Positions 62,001 to 64,000 of a stretch of 64,000 nt of DNA are shown piece after piece; position 1 is the stretch's first letter; every line of letters starts with the position of its first letter. Under the pieces are notes generated by a model. That model had not been told where the DNA came from. It did no database searches and was given only the letters and a program-made list of their open reading frames with translations. The DNA comes from Lytechinus pictus. Taxonomy: Eukaryota. The stretch lies in NCBI RefSeq assembly GCF_037042905.1, contig NC_087250.1, forward strand, positions 25,422,001 to 25,486,000, written 5' to 3'. Position numbers and translations under genes: made by a program.

Positions 62001-63998
62001 TCAGTGGGGTTGGTAGGATTGAGGAAAAAGAGAATTTTCGAATGGCGTTGAAATAAAATCAGTAAAATGTGCATTGTTGCAACTACCTATCTTATTTGCT
62101 AGTTGGGGGCCGATGTTACTAAAAAAAGAGTTGAATTGTGAAGCATAAGTGGAATTATCTGCGATTTTATCACCGTTTAGAGTTAGTCCATCTTTTAGGT
62201 AATTCAGTTGTCTTTTTTCCGATAATCTCATTTATAACCCGCCATGTCGCCTTTGAATTAGCGCTAACTTTAGTTAATTTGTCTGAGTAATACATCTTGC
62301 GAGATAATCTTATTAAATTTGTAAGTTTGTTCCGATATTTCCTATATTTTTGCACGTTTATGGGTGATGGTTTCTTTAAATGTAATTTGTAAAGACTGTT
62401 TCGAGTATGTATTGATTTTAGAATTCCTTTTGTGATCCACGGGTTTTTGGCCTCGCGGGAATTTTGACGCTTCCTCACAAGTGGAAAATTTTTATCGTAA
62501 TAATATTGTAATTTATTGTTAAATTTCTCATAAGCAATGTGTACATTATTTTCATTGTAAATATCACTCCAATTTTCTTCAAAAAGGTCCTGTTTGAAAG
62601 ATTCAATTTTTCTGGGAGTTTCTAATCTATAGCGGGGAGGTATAGTTGATTTATTTTTAGATGAATTGGTTTCGGATATCGTGAATATTGGCAAATGGTC
62701 TGATACTTCTGAATAAAGTAAACTGCCGATGATTGTTTCATTATGAATATTAGAAAAAATGTTATCTATCAAAGTCGCAGAAGCTGCAGTTAATCTTGTG
62801 GGTTTATTTATATGTGAGGAAAAAGCATAAGAATTAGTTAATTGAAGAAATATTTCGGTATTAGAATTATTTATATTCAGAAAATGTGTATTAAAATCAC
62901 CCATGAAATAAATATGTTTATTCTCTGTAGAAAGTTTATCAAGACATTGCTCCAGATTTTGATAAAATATGTCAAATTCAACATTGGGAGGTTTGTATAT
63001 TAAGCCAATAATAATATTTTTACTCTTAGGTATGTCAATCTCAATAAACAATGTTTCAGTTCGCTCAAACATTATGTCATTTCGAGTACGGAATTTCAAA
63101 TTGTCGGAAACGTAAAAGGCAACACCACCCCCTCTCCTTCCTACACAGTCAGCTCTAATCAAAGAATAATTTGGTAAATTAAATAATGGAGGAGATTTTT
63201 TATTGAACCAGGTTTCACTGACACCAATAACTGAAAATTGAACTGAACTGATGGCACAAAGCAAGTGTTGAAGATATTCAAAATTTTTGTTGAGGCTTCT
63301 TGAGTTGATATGTAAAATGCTAAAGCTGTTTGTTTTCGAAAATGAGTTATTAAATTCTGCTACTGTGTAATATTTATTTTCATTATTGAATTCATCTGTG
63401 TTGTTGATCATGTTGAGGGATGTGTGTTGGGAGTGAGTGCATGTGCGTGTGTGTGCAGTCAAGTGGATACAGAGACGGAGGTATCAGGATCGTCACTGAG
63501 AGATATACTGTAAAGTACAAAAGGCTCTGTTGGCCAATGCCCCGCCTTGGAAGTATCTACCTGCAGTGAAAAAATAGTAAACTAAAGAAAAGGAAAAGAC
63601 AGTGAAAGGAGAATGGGCAATGTCGTTAATTAAGAGAGAGCTGATTAGGGAGCGAGAAAAAGAAGCGTCTTTAAAGAAGAAACACAATGAGTGTTTGTGG
63701 ACTTATAAGTGTTGTAAGAATGCCGGATTGTCTACGGCAGTTCAATCCCCTTTCCTGGATCTCAGAAACTTAAATTTTTCATAAAGTTAGGATAGAAATG
63801 TTCTCTATGTAATATGACATAACATGATTATAATATCATATACCATTATAATGAACAATAATTTCTTCTTTCCCACTACGTTCCTTTTCCTTTCTCCCTC
63901 TTTTTCTCCTTTTCCCCGTTTTTTTTTTTTTTTTTTTTTTTTTTGGTCAGCTGATTGGGGAAAGGGGGGCACGCGCCCCCCCCGTAGTTACGCCACTG
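59004..63998. mobile_element. hAT-type non-autonomous element (same family as 51343-52849) carrying a LINE insertion
   Basis: CAGTGGCATACCGTGGGTCA...GTAGTTACGCCACTG; left flank ATCCTATG, right flank begins AT at the window edge. Confidence 0.85.
60020..63775 (-). pseudogene. CR1/L2-group (Crack/Daphne-like) LINE with frameshifted EN-RT ORF2
   Basis: HINSRSL, VSETW, GGGVAFYV, GDFN, TLIDNIF, SDHLPIF (62170-63462); FLDLSKAFDT, VPQGSILGPLLF, LFADDT, KFLGVTID (61046-61723); C-terminus at 60476-60736; tail near 60020-60050. Confidence 0.93.
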
Positions 63999-64000
63999 AT

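Overview
This is AT-rich eukaryotic DNA. The repeat families look like a marine invertebrate, probably an echinoderm such as a sea urchin, but that is inference only. I found no host gene, rRNA, true tRNA, CRISPR array or prokaryotic operon. The window is almost entirely nested transposable elements, and most boundaries can be read from terminal inverted repeats (TIRs) and target-site duplications (TSDs). Main contents: (1) a decayed L1/Tx1 LINE; (2) a Harbinger-type TIR element carrying an intact-looking LINE RNase H domain; (3) an 18.3-kb five-level nest: Harbinger-type shell > Gmr1-like Gypsy LTR element (tRNA-Gln PBS, SCAN-like gag, no integrase) > 5-kb near-palindromic TAG...CTA (Academ-like) element > hAT element > hAT MITE; (4) a ~160-bp satellite carrying an RFX X-box-like palindrome, split by a second foldback that contains a P-like insert; (5) a recent 3 x 2.3-kb tandem amplification of a TE mosaic; (6) several CR1/L2-group LINE pieces, SINEs and MITEs. 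Superfamily names are inferred from end and TSD signatures because no DNA transposase is encoded here. Coordinates and identities were read by eye.
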